NCBI GenBank assembly: GCA_036630325.1 | Contig: CP142731.1 | Location: 62,001-126,000, forward strand | Length of the DNA: 64,000 bases | Direction: 5' to 3' | Source: Vairimorpha necatrix | Taxonomy: Eukaryota | Part shown: one piece after another, positions 50,701 through 63,313 of the stretch | Layout of the letters: the number at the start of each line of letters is the position of its first letter | How positions within the stretch are numbered: position 1 is the stretch's first letter | Translations under genes and position numbers: made by a program | Notes under the pieces: generated by a model | The model's input: only the letters and a program-made list of their open reading frames with translations | Databases searched by the model: none | Told to the model about the DNA's origin: nothing

Positions 50701-52093
50701 TTACCTACAATAATATTATTAAACATTACCCAGTTTATTGTACCTTTAGACATTAAACTATAATATTTAGAGCATTTAATGAATACGAGAGAATTGAAAC
50801 ATTTAATTTCATGAAAGTATAATCATAATATCAAAATTTAGCTACTTATTTATAATTTGGGTTAGTGCAATATGTCATTAAGTATTTCACCTTGGTTTAT
50901 GGATCTTTGTAAAGAATATCAAACATATATTATTATTCTTTGATTAAATTATAGGAAAAGGAATTGGCTTAATTTATAATTCAAAATGTAATCGAAAATG
51001 AATTAACAGAGATTCTAAAAAAATAAATGAAATTCGTTATTTTCAGTAAAGTTTTAACTGGTATAAAAGCAAGACAACTATTTTATGAATTCCTTTTTAC
51101 TTTCTTAGTATGGTATTTTGATATAAATTTTGTCTTATAGTTTCCTCATGCTTTTTAAAAAATCTTTTATAAAACCAATATGTATGATTTATACGAGATT
51201 ACACGCTTAAAATTACAGCTTTAGATCTTTTAAATATGTTTTTTATGAATTGAAATGTTATTATATAAAATTGTTTTTTTGGATACAAAATCTATATCTA
51301 TTATACAGAAGAAAATAATGAAAAATAAAAGTGTTTTGAATTTTTGAGCTAAAATACGTTGATAAAATTGAGAAAAGTAAAATAATGACTGATTTATGTT
51401 TTGAAAATCAATTACGCATCGCACGGGGCTTATAAGCCGAAATGTGGGTTAAAAGTGCGCTATAGACTTTTCTAAATGAAAATCTAATGAGTAAATGTTT
51501 AATGATTTATTGTTTCGAAATTAAGCGCGATTGTAGATATAATTTGTTGAATTAAAAATTTAGTCAAAATTAAAACAGATTATAACAACAAAATTTTTTT
51601 AATAATGTTATAATTCAGAAGTCTTTTAACTACTGATATTAGATACCAAACTTTTTTTGCTCTTTTATATTTCAAAGAAAAAATATACAAATACAAAACC
51701 CAATATATATGCAAATACTATCAAATCGTTATATTTTTAACGTTCATGAATATAATTAGTTTTAGTCGAACAAATTTTCAGATAAATTATATTTTTGATA
51801 TTGCAAATATATTTAAATTGTAAAAAAGACATTTTTTCCCTTTTATGTTTGTATTCTCACTTGATATTTTTTGTATATCATTATAAACACATTAAAATTA
51901 TCATCTTAGATATACGTAGAATCCAATGAAATGAAATCCAATGAGTAAAATCGTCTCTTAAAAGGCACAAACAACGAATAAATAAGTAGAATTGTTTGTT
52001 TTTATAATGTTACTTAGCAAAGAAGATATAAGTTATTATAAATATTTGTTTATATTTTATTTACAACAAAAATACTATAAATTGAATCTTATT

Positions 52094-53624
52094 TTATTTT
52101 ATGAAATGATATCCATATACTTTTTTGTTCAGTCGAGTTATTTTCTGAGGATTTAGTTTTAAAAAAACAATACCAAAAAACATACTACAGTAAGTTTTAA
52201 CAATACAATAAAGCAAATAACAACAACTTCTAGTTGTGCTTAAAGAAAGACACATCATAAGAATTGGCTTTTTTAAATAAATCGTTTTATTTTTTGCTAT
52301 GGGTATCATTTTGAGCAATATTTTCGTATGTAACGGTAGGGTTTGAATAGATTTATCAACAACTGTCGTATCATGCTCAGGTGATTTTAATTAATGCTCT
52401 TCTAATTATATGCAACAGAAATAACATTAAAAGCCGAATTTGAATCTATAATACTCATATTTTTAGTAATATTTGTTTTTTTAGTTATATCAAAAAATCC
52501 TTCAATATTTATATATTCTTCAGTTTCAATATTACCAAATGTCTTGTCATATTTCGTATTGTCTGTGTAATCTTAAGATCCGTCAATAGAATAGATCATA
52601 TCTTCATTAGATTCCAGATAATCGTAAGCCACATAGATAAAATTTTATACGAGTTTCTTTATATTCATGATCATGATATTATCTGAGAAGTATTTAATTA
52701 TTTTTTTTAACAAAGGTAACATTACAAGCATTAACATGACCATTAAAATTGGTTTTATTGGTAGAATTATTTTATCAAGATCATTTTCTCGAACGATATA
52801 CTTAGTTTCACCTATCAGTTTTTTGTTTTTTTGCAAAATCCCATTTTTTTGGTAAAATTCTATGTTGAAACATGAACATAAAAAGATAAATAGCCACTAC
52901 ACAACTTACTATGGTTTCTGGATAGTGATCAATGCCTTTATCTAAAAAACATATCTCTCCGTTAGTGATGTCTTTCGTAGTTTCCATAAGGCAACTATAC
53001 TATCAAACTTGTCTTTAGGGCATAGCCAGGATGAAACTAAACTATGTTCTGCTATGCTTGCCATATAAACTATTAAATTTCATTCCTTAAAATTTCGAGG
53101 CTCCTAAAATTTATAATTATGATCTTTTGCACCAAATTTTCCTAAATTAATTACTAAATACTCCTTTTTACGATAGTTTCTTCCTTTAAAAAATTTTCCA
53201 TTAAATTGTTTGTTCTTAGATATTAGTAAATAGTAGGTGTTACCAAAAGGAGATCTAGTCATTAGAGGAGGCTTTTTATTAGAATGAGAACCTATTTATT
53301 TGGCATTTATATTCTAATTTAGATTTCTTGAATAGTTTTAGTTTCAGATCATTATCTTTTGTTTCAGCATTAAGTTTCAGTCTGTTTTTGGCGTGTGTAA
53401 CACAGCCGGTAATAGTGGGTTTTTTGTTATCGTTTTCAAGACCAAAACAGCATAATTTATAATATCATCTAATAAACCTCATCAAGTGCATTAAAACTTA
53501 TCAATGTATCACATCTAAATTTTTATATCGAAGCATTTCTTTTATAAGAGTTGTAAAATATTACTTGTTTTATTTTTATAATTAACAATGGTAGTATTTA
53601 AAGAAAATGAAATATTGATCTCAT
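52094..53624 (-). pseudogene. Decayed ~1.5-kb gene of unknown function
   Basis: gCCCCaaaATG at 53624 (MRSIFHFL*), then successive open stretches (e.g. KKPTITGCVTHAKNRLKL, RSPFGNTYYLLISK, YDKTFGNIETEEYINIEGFFD) broken by stops and frameshifts. Confidence 0.5.
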
Positions 53625-54279
53625 TTTGGGGCTTAAAAATTTTTATTTCATCTTAAATATTATAACAAAATGATCCTAAGATAAAATAAATTAAAATTTT
53701 TTAATGTTATTGTGTTTTATAAATTATCTGTGGTTATAAATAAATTGTTTTTTATTTTTTGTAGTTTACAAACATAATTTATCTCATTTGACGTAAATGC
53801 TAGTTTTTAATGTTTTTTTATAATTTTTATATTGTTTTTATATGATTGTAACATTAAAATCGAGCTTTTATGAAGGTCACAACAATGTTACCAAAATTTA
53901 AAGTTGAATTAAGAGCAAATTTATGCCGCGATGATATATTGGAAATGAGTATTCGAAATTAGATTGTAATACTTGATGTTACATTCATACGTGTGGACTC
54001 GATATTTTTTTTCAAAGCTTGTCAATGACTGCAAAATATATAATCTGCTTCGTCTTATATAATGGCAATTTGAGAGGCAGATTTATCTTATTATTGAAAA
54101 ATCAAACTCAGAGAATCAAGTTACTATTGTTATAAAAAATGAAGTTTTTATGGCCTCTAGATGTAAATAAGTACGTGTCAAGACGAAAATATTATAACAT
54201 AATCCATCTCATATTTTATAATTAAACATAGCATTTAAAACAATTTTCGGCCGAAAAACTATTGATTGCTGGCCGTGCA

Positions 54280-55200
54280 CAACAGTAGAAAACGAGAAAT
54301 TCAAAATAAAAGAATCGACAGATTTTGCTGATGCCTTGTATGAGCTAACTAGTCACCAATATGCTAACAATGAAAGTGTCAATCCTTTTGTTCTACTATG
54401 TAAAATATTAGTGAACAGTTGGAAACCCTGCAGAACTTTGAGAATCTCTTTTATTGTAACTACCTGATGATAAAACAAAATACGTCTCTGCTTACGAAAA
54501 TATGTATGGTACAAAGTATCTATCAAATAACCATACTGTTAGATTCCTAAAATTATTTCTTTGTATGATGCTATACATTAGATCAGTTTACACAGCTTTT
54601 TAAAAAAATGCACAAACTTTGACCTTTCGGGCTTTGTTTTACAGGGAATTTTTTACCTAATGCCAAAGGTAGCAGCCAACTATATAAATGAAATTATCTA
54701 AATTACCTGTATCTAGATTACATGGTTAAAACAAAATACAGCAGTAAAGTAATACAAATTTTGACGAATAGGGATTCTTGCATATTGTGGGACTGTAAAC
54801 AACAATAATATTTAAAGACGATATGATTTTTATAGTTGCTAATAACAATCTTTAATATGATATAATACAAGTTGATCGATTTTAATGGGTTATTTAAACG
54901 TAGATCATTACTATGTGTTATCTTATCTTAGCAAGAAAATTTTATTAATGAATTATAGACTTCAAGACACTATTACAAAATATCAGAAGTTTAGCCTAGT
55001 AGTTTATGACAGAGCTTTTATCTGAGAACGGCAGGGTTCTAATTTCTTTCCTAAAATTGTTCCACTTTATATGATGCAGTTCGAAAAACTCAGAGGATAA
55101 AATGTCTAGTATTATCATGCAGTTGATATAATAAATATGTGTACTTGTAGAAATATATAACTAGCATATTGCATAGAGACGAAATTTATGGTCGACAAAA
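54280..55200 (+). mobile_element. Ancient relic of a divergent non-LTR reverse transcriptase
   Basis: In correct order: QGIFYLMPK (54642), ITC (54702), NVDHYYVLSYLSK (~54897) and RQGSNFFPKIVPLYM (55029), matching KGITYLMP, ITC, SVDRSYLLTSISK and LQGDSLSPLLFVLCM of the younger element. Confidence 0.55.
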
Positions 55201-56732
55201 CAGTCTCCATCGTATATACCCAATGATACAGAAAGTTCTAGAGTGTATATGCTAATTAAAGCACATGGCTGAAACATCTCAGAGCGTGATCTCAGATTTA
55301 ATTAAGAATTGGGCATGTTGAGCAATAAAAGTTTTTGTAAAACCTATACATTTGATTTTGTAACAGGCTGGCTAATTCTATTTGGAGACTAGCGTAAAAC
55401 GCAGCTCAATATAAACGCGAACTGGTGATGTAACGGAGATATGGTCATTTACGCGTTCCAATATTTGTAGGTATCCATGAGGTAATACGAGGATGAACTT
55501 CTTGGGTCCTAGAAATTGTTCTTTAAGAATATCCTCTATGGGATCAAACTGGTGACGATTTAGTATATTGATGGAAAATGTCTTCAAGGGATAAAGCCCC
55601 ATGGATAAAGCGGAGTTTCTGTGTTGGCAAGTTATATATAGAGAGTTTAAGTTCTTAGAAAATTCGCAACCAGCCGGACAATAATACACTCAATGTTCCT
55701 ATGTAAAGTTTTCCTACCCATTGCTATATAAAAGAAAATAACTATTTATTGAAGTATGTTAAAGGTGATAAAAAATTAAAAACAAATGTCTCTAACAAGT
55801 ATTGATTTGCTTTTTTATCCTTTTAAAAAAATAAATTTGTTTGATACGAAGTCTTATGAGAGTTTTCAAATAGTCAGATACGGTCTAGATACATCTTAAA
55901 ATGTATCAACAGCAAAAAAACAATGTTCGAAATTTTTTCTTCGCAGATAACATAAAATGTACTGATGTCTAAAAAAAATGTTTTTATGTACTTGAAATAT
56001 ACTGAATACTTGATGTTGCATTCAGATATTACCGAATTAAATTTACTCATTCAATAGAAAATATTAATTTTATGTTAGGGAATATTACGTGTTGTAACTC
56101 TAGTTACCAAACATTGCTCTTTGTCAGATATAAACTAGTCATCAGCTAATAAAATCAGACATGATTATCACAAACCCTTGCAAACAAAAATATAAAAAGA
56201 AAAGTTTCTCCTATAATATGCAATTTCGTGCAGACTCATCTACTCTTTAACAACACAAGCTAATATTTTATGTGATGTAAGTTATTTTCCTGATTGTAAC
56301 TACAAAACTCCAGAGAAGCTATCTCTAAGCAAATACAATTCAATAAATTGCATATTTGATGTTTGTTTCTTGAAATATTGGACTTGAGTAAGAATATTTG
56401 GTCGTCTTTAGAGTATTCCCTTTTCCTTGGTTTTAAGCTAGCAGGGTGGTAGTTATTTAAATGCTTCCAAGGAGACTTTCCTTGTCATCGTTGAATCGTC
56501 TCATCCTTCGAATTGTGTTTGAATTTAATCGAAAAAGAATAAATTTTTTGATTAGATCGGCCAAATGGTCTATTTTCCAAAAAGGAAAAATTGATAAAGT
56601 ATAAAATGTTTTGTTTATGTAATTATAATACCACAATAACAAAGAAGTACAAAGTAATTAAATATAAATTAATTTAATTATGCTTGACATCCCTTTCGAG
56701 AGAAATTTTTATTTTTTTCAAGAAAGTGCCCC

Positions 56733-58055
56733 ATGCGAATTGCGAATACTTTTTTAGTGATTCTAATAATAAAAAGTGCCGAACAGCAATGTCATGAACT
56801 AAATAACTACATAAAAACAAAAACAACTAAAAAACAATTTATGAAATATGATCTAGGAAAAAAATATGAGATAGATTACTTAAAATATGATAATGATAAA
56901 TTATTGATACATAAAAACAACAAAAGCATCTATAAAATAAAATCTTATGATTTTGTAAAAGCTTTTGAAGAGGTTCAAAAAATATTATTGAATAATGAGA
57001 CCTCTATTAAGTCTCCGAAAATACTAGTTTATGCGAAAAATGCAAATAATTCGACAGGCTATAATAATATTATCATTGGAATAAAAAATTATAATACAAA
57101 AGACGACAAATGGAATTATGATATGGTCATTGAAGAAAACAGCGGGATATATAATTATATTTTTTCATATAAATTCGATGATGAGATAAGTTGCATAAAA
57201 AACGACTACATTCCATTTTTGTATACTTTCATTAATTCTGTCGATGGGATATATTATTTTTATGAAATTGATATAACTGAAATTGATTTACAAAAATTAT
57301 TTGAAGTACACGTAGAGAGATATTGTACAGGAGATAAATATCAAAAAGTGATACTTTTACAAATGCTTAAATTATTTGATTTCGTTACACTAAGTGAAGT
57401 TTATGATATAACAAAATTCCAAAATTACAAAGTGACAAGTGAGGTGGAAAAATTAATAGACGAACAAGATGAAAATTATACGTTTTTTGAAATTAATAAT
57501 CAATATGGTTCTATAATATGCAAACATGAAGAGAATGCTAAGATATTCTGTTATCGAAAAAATCTCTATAAAAATGAAAAAAATAATCAAGAAATATTTA
57601 TAAGTAGACCAAAGTTCGCAAAAATGAAGCGAATAGTAATGTTAATGAATACAAAGCAAATAAAAAATTCTGAGATTAATTTGATATATAAACTAATTGA
57701 GAATAATGATTTGACGATAAGAATTCTTAAAAGTATTTTTCTAAACAAAACCTCTGCAGTACATTTTTTATTTGAAGAATTATTGAAATCGTCTGATTTA
57801 TTAAGTAAAATGGGACTAAAGGTTCTAACTAAAAGTACTAATGCTTTTGAAAATTATATAATGATAGTTACAGGACAAAAAAAGCAATTTATGGAAGATG
57901 GAACAGCTTTTATAAAATATTTAAATAATGAACATAATAATACCAGCTACATGATAAAAATATGCCTAATTATGGAATTAGAAAAAATTATCGGGGAAAA
58001 TAACGAAAATAAAACAAAATTATGCAGGATATTACAAATATCGCAGACATTATAA
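56733..58055 (+). CDS. Putative secreted protein, family A member 3 (440 aa, probably C-terminally truncated)
   Basis: gCCCCATG start; MRIANTFLVILIIKS; family motifs KILVY, IYYFYEIDI and MIKICLIME. Confidence 0.82.
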   Translation: MRIANTFLVILIIKSAEQQCHELNNYIKTKTTKKQFMKYDLGKKYEIDYLKYDNDKLLIHKNNKSIYKIKSYDFVKAFEEVQKILLNNETSIKSPKILVYAKNANNSTGYNNIIIGIKNYNTKDDKWNYDMVIEENSGIYNYIFSYKFDDEISCIKNDYIPFLYTFINSVDGIYYFYEIDITEIDLQKLFEVHVERYCTGDKYQKVILLQMLKLFDFVTLSEVYDITKFQNYKVTSEVEKLIDEQDENYTFFEINNQYGSIICKHEENAKIFCYRKNLYKNEKNNQEIFISRPKFAKMKRIVMLMNTKQIKNSEINLIYKLIENNDLTIRILKSIFLNKTSAVHFLFEELLKSSDLLSKMGLKVLTKSTNAFENYIMIVTGQKKQFMEDGTAFIKYLNNEHNNTSYMIKICLIMELEKIIGENNENKTKLCRILQISQTL

Positions 58056-61000
58056 ACCAAAAAAATGAGGTGGGTGACAAGGATGCCAAATTTGATATAA
58101 TAAGATTTTTGCAGAGGTTTTTTTGTACTTTGACATTGTAATGAATGCTTATGAAAATACATGGGAAGATATTCTAGTCGCCTTTTCGTTACCCAAAGAG
58201 AACATTAAAAATTAAAAGATTTATAAGAATTTTATAATAATATAATTTTATTTTACACCAGTTTATTATTATAATTTGACATTGCTAACTATAGTTTTTG
58301 TTTATGGCAATATAAATTTTTTTCTAACATTTAAGGTATTTATTTGTAAAGAAAATTACTATATATAAAACTATCACTATAATTAGTCCTCTGCTATATT
58401 ACCGGTATACAATAGTTATCTGGCATAAGATTTTAATTGTACTTTAAAAGCGTATTTGAAATGAGATGATGATTTTCATTTTTTAAATAAATAATAGGAT
58501 ATAATTTTGTTGGCGGGTTGCTAAAATTTCTATTTTTTCTATTAGTTTTTTATACTAATCGTGAATATTATATAAAAAAGTATTGATTTTGAATTATAAA
58601 ACAATATTTATACTTGTTATACTTTTCACTGATAAAATTCAAATATTTTACTGCCTTTGCCGCCTACCCATTTGATACCATACATTATTACAGTAAGCTG
58701 CATATTAACGTAAAAATGCCTAGATCTTTTTCAAATCTAGAGAAATATCTTTTATAATCAAATTAATGATGACTGTATTTGTCTTGAACATGCACAATGT
58801 TCTGCTGAAAAATATAAAACGCACTAAAAACGTAATAATTACATTTAATTTTTATAAATTCCTTTACATTTTATTTTAGAAATTTTTATCTTAGATTATA
58901 TCTATATTCCATAATGTATTAATCTTCAAATTCTAAGCATTACAATGGATTTACTTTTGTAGTGTAAACTCGAATCAAGAGCATTTCAATAAGATAAACG
59001 AGTGCATTTATTTTAAATAACTTATAAAATACCATATAAATCACAATAATTCTTTTGGATTTTTATAATTACATATATGATAATTTTTAAAGTTATAAAA
59101 AAATGTAATTGATGGAGTGATACACAAAATATAGTTGAAGTCAGAAACTATTATCACAAAACTTTGTTTTTATGTGTTTTATCTATTATAAATTATGCAT
59201 AATTTTTTTTTCTTAATTTTAAACAAATAAAATATTCTAAATCTAAAAACAGTAAAATTTCATTTTTAAAATGCAAAATTTTTATTTAAGATCCGTATAA
59301 TAAACTAAAAATGATAGAATGGAAAATATACAAATTTTTTAAAACTTCTAAAATAAGAGTAACTTAGAATTATAATGAAAAAAAAATAATTTTGCAATCA
59401 TTTCCAACATAATTGTCGAGTTAAATGTAGATTGAAATTGTCTGTTTTTAATTATATTTTAAAAACATTATCATATGTAATATATAGTATAACATGTGAT
59501 GTTGTGCATTTATCTATTTATTATTGAAAAAACAACAAAAACCTTGAAACAAAATAGTTTGATCATTAGGATCAATTCTCATCTCGTAGGTTGGTCGAAT
59601 TTCAAAAATCGACTGGCAATTGGTTTCCTATAAAAGTTTAAGTGGTTATAGATAGAATATTTGATGCTTTGTAAAAATTAGTACATTCAGGAAACGAAGT
59701 CTTTTTTAATTTATTAGAAGTATTATTTATAAGCAAGAAAATTTAGATAAAATTATTAATTCAAAAAATAAGTGGCATAAGTTAATAAATGGCATGTGAA
59801 AGTAAAATTTTTTACTGACCAAGACTGAAATAAAATTTATTTTATGACCATATTGTACAAACAATGTGAAAAAACTAGGTTGTTGATCATATTTTTTTTT
59901 GCATATTAATTTACATTGAAATATAACATATGAGGCTTCGCTTAAAGATTATGGATATGGTCGTCAAGTCGATACACCATCGTAAAATTTATGCCTGTTT
60001 ATAGGTTTAATATTAAAATATCGATTAAAATTGATCATAAAGTATGAGCTATACAAAAAAAATAAAATATATATTTTATAATTAGGAGCTTGTAAACTGT
60101 AATCAAAAAATGGTACTTTACAAATTTGTTATTTTTTTACCATCAAAATGTAGAGTCTAAAGATAAGAGCTCATGAACATCTCACAACAACAATTGGAAT
60201 AAGATTGTCAAGTGTCTAAAATTCGGTCTTGGAGTATAGCAACTAAAAAAATTGTATTCTTATATGTATAAGAAGTGTGCCAAATTAAAAGTCCCTACAT
60301 TTTATTAGAGAAAAAATCAGGTGTTTTAAACATTTAGTTCATAAAAACATTGAGCTATAGCACTATAAAACATACCGCCTTAAGTGGATTTCTTGATATT
60401 GGTCAGAGATGCATTAGACAAATTATAAAAAAAAAATATCTACAATTGAAACAAAGCTATCAATTCAACCGGCGAAATAGATGGACCATGCTAAATATTA
60501 GAAATAGATAAAAGCGAATTGGGTTAAGTTTCATAGCACAAAGGAAACTTATCAACGTTGTCTGAAGGGTTGAAATGTCTAAAAGAATCGCCCAAGAAAC
60601 ATAAAAACGAATAAATTTGGCAATTGAAAGCCGAACTAGCCAAATAAATTAATCAATAATAAATGCATTTTGAATTAATATTACACAATGGCAGAATTAA
60701 ATCTTTCACTAAATTAAAAGACTATTTTGTTGAACAAAAAACTGTAAATCAAATATTAGAATTAGTAATTAATTACAATAGCTATAATTTTAACATTTTT
60801 AAGAGAATTATAAAGTAATAAAAAACGAGATTTTGGCAAGGTACAAAAGAAAAACTTTAAATATTATATTATTCATATGATTTATGCAAAGATAGAACTT
60901 AAAAGGTGATTTGTTTACAAATATTATTAAATTTAGTTTTTTCTCTTTTTGCCATTTTGACTTTTTAGAACAGGGGTTTAAAAAAATATTTACAGGTTAT

Positions 61001-61750
61001 AAATGCCCCACTTAACCCTTTTTAAAGCACATAATTAATATAAAACAAGACATTTTAAGATTATTAATTACGAAATCTAATACGTAAAGAACTTCTTAAA
61101 AAACTTAAAATCGAGACTTTAATCAAAGTCAATAAGAAGATTTAGAAATTTTAAGTTTGTCATTAGAGCGGGCTGGATACTAATAAAGAAAAGTTGGTCG
61201 GAAACACAATATGAGATGTAAAAAAATATCGAGGGATACATTGGATAGGCTTATCCTATAGCAATTAAATTTTAAATGAAATTATTCATAAATCAACAAG
61301 GTTATTTAATGTAACGTAAGTTGCAATTACTCCTCGTAATGAATCAAACAAGTTCGCAGAAGAAATTTTTATGTTACGATGGCGATTAAACAAACATGTA
61401 TCTAATGGGAATGTGTCATGTGTGACACGTATATACCAAAACACTCTTAAATTTGTTCTAGACTCTGTTTTTTAATACGACTTTAATGATATAATCTTTT
61501 CTTATAATTTTAAATTTTTTGATTTCCTCATCGGTACAAAGCATTGTTCTACGTTAAAAGAAGTTAAAATAAAAGTAATTTATAATTTATTAGTTAAATG
61601 AAATAAATTCTAAACCTCATTTATATGTGTAACCCTTGTTGTTGATAAAAAAAATTGATGCATCCTGTCTAAAGATTTATAATTTAAGTTTGATAAGCAA
61701 AAATAATTTTCATTTATTATGTTTCAAAGATTGTTTTTTCCACTTAAACT

Positions 61751-62464
61751 CTACTTATAAAATACCTTTATGTTTTTTGTAGATTTGATGTAGCAATACC
61801 AATGAGATAATGCAACATCAATTAATGAATATTTTTTGTTGTTTAAATCCCACTTTTTCTTACTTATTTCTTCTTTTAAATCTTTAGTAATAAACTTATC
61901 GGAATATTTAGAATCATGTAATAGATCGCTAATCATTTCAATACAATGATTTTTATAAAAATCAAACACGTCTTGACTAAATGTAATTACCAGTTTGCCA
62001 TTCCTTTGATCCATTTTGGGAAGAAAATGCTCATCTGCTAGGTAATTAATAGCATTATCATGTTGAGAGAAAAACTCTTCAACGAATTCCTCGTTCTTCT
62101 TCAAAGCTTTTTTTACATCGGATGTGATATATAATTTAACGCTTACTTTTTTGTTTTTATCATATAGATTCGCATTGTCAACCAAACAAAACAATATAAT
62201 GTGGGACTTTATGTCTAATTTACTTACATAATACAAAGCTTTTACAAAATTAGAAAAAAGCGAACGACTAAGATGTTCTTCGGGGTTGTTTTTATTCACA
62301 TTCTTGTAGACAGTAAACATATCTTCAATATCTAATGAACTGATTTTATCTGATTGTAGAGATGATTTTGCTGAAGATTTAGCTGGATTTATAGAATACC
62401 AAGTAATCAGCCCAAAAATTAGTAACACAACTACAAAAGTAATCTTCTTTATGTTTACAATCAT
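61751..62464 (-). CDS. Hypothetical protein with N-terminal membrane anchor or signal (237 aa)
   Basis: KK followed by ITFVVVLLIFGLITWYSI; cctcctcatATG context. Confidence 0.8.
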   Translation of the reverse strand: MIVNIKKITFVVVLLIFGLITWYSINPAKSSAKSSLQSDKISSLDIEDMFTVYKNVNKNNPEEHLSRSLFSNFVKALYYVSKLDIKSHIILFCLVDNANLYDKNKKVSVKLYITSDVKKALKKNEEFVEEFFSQHDNAINYLADEHFLPKMDQRNGKLVITFSQDVFDFYKNHCIEMISDLLHDSKYSDKFITKDLKEEISKKKWDLNNKKYSLIDVALSHWYCYIKSTKNIKVFYK

Positions 62465-62994
62465 ATGAGGAGGTTGAAAAACTATTTTAAAAAATAAACA
62501 AAAAAGAAGAGTTTTTGTGTAAGTTTTATCTAATAAAGAATTTTTCAGTTGGAAAATTCCAATCTCTCGTTCTGACGTATTTCTGTTTTATACGTAACTC
62601 TAGATCTTTTTATATGATTATTTCAAAATTATAATTCTAAATAATCAGAAAATGTAAAATTATGATATCATATGAGTTTATATACATAATATTATTTTAT
62701 TATGTCGTAGTCGATCAAAAATCAGCCAAAAATCTTTCGACAAATGTAAGTTAGATTGGCTACTAAAACTATTTAAAAACATTTCCAAAAGAGGGCATGG
62801 GAAATATATATAAAATACTTGGCATAGTATTTTCCTTTTTTGGTCATTATTAATAAAATAATCATTGTTTTTTTGAATTAAATATTTTTAAGTAGACATA
62901 TAAATGGCTCATTTCGTAGATACATCACTTTAAGCTTACAATTAATCCATACGTGTTATATACTAACATGATTTTGTGATGTAACAATAATAAC

Positions 62995-63313
62995 TGTCAG
63001 GCGACGAACCTACGCTGACAATATGAATCCCCAAATGTGATTGATTCTTATTTAATACAAATGTGAAGGATGATAAAAGTGACAGGTGAATAATTAATAT
63101 TGAATACGAGCATTTAGAGAGTTACTTTTATTTAGCAATTTACTCTTTTCGGAATAGACCGTCGAAATGGTCTATTCGAAATATTTCCTATTTATTTATT
63201 TTCCAGCCCTTACCCTTCACCGTATGTATAACTAACAATCCAAATAAATCTGTTATTGATACTTCGTCGTTTATTTCAGATCAGACCTCGTGTCTGATCT
63301 GAAATAACTATCA
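62995..63313. other. Cluster of strong stem-loops (~320 bp)
   Basis: tgtcag..ctgaca (62995-63020), gaatagacc..ggtctattc (63152-63177) and a perfect 16-bp stem ttatttcagatcagac-ctcgt-gtctgatctgaaataa (63271-63307). Confidence 0.5.

Noticed and set aside
51417..51465. Small GC patch with palindrome ggcttataagcc
   Set aside because: Too short, with no partner repeat or tRNA-like fold.
59550..61450. Patchy GC-richer sequence suggesting old TE debris (e.g. SLSLERAGY near 61150)
   Set aside because: Only one weak motif; cannot assign a family.
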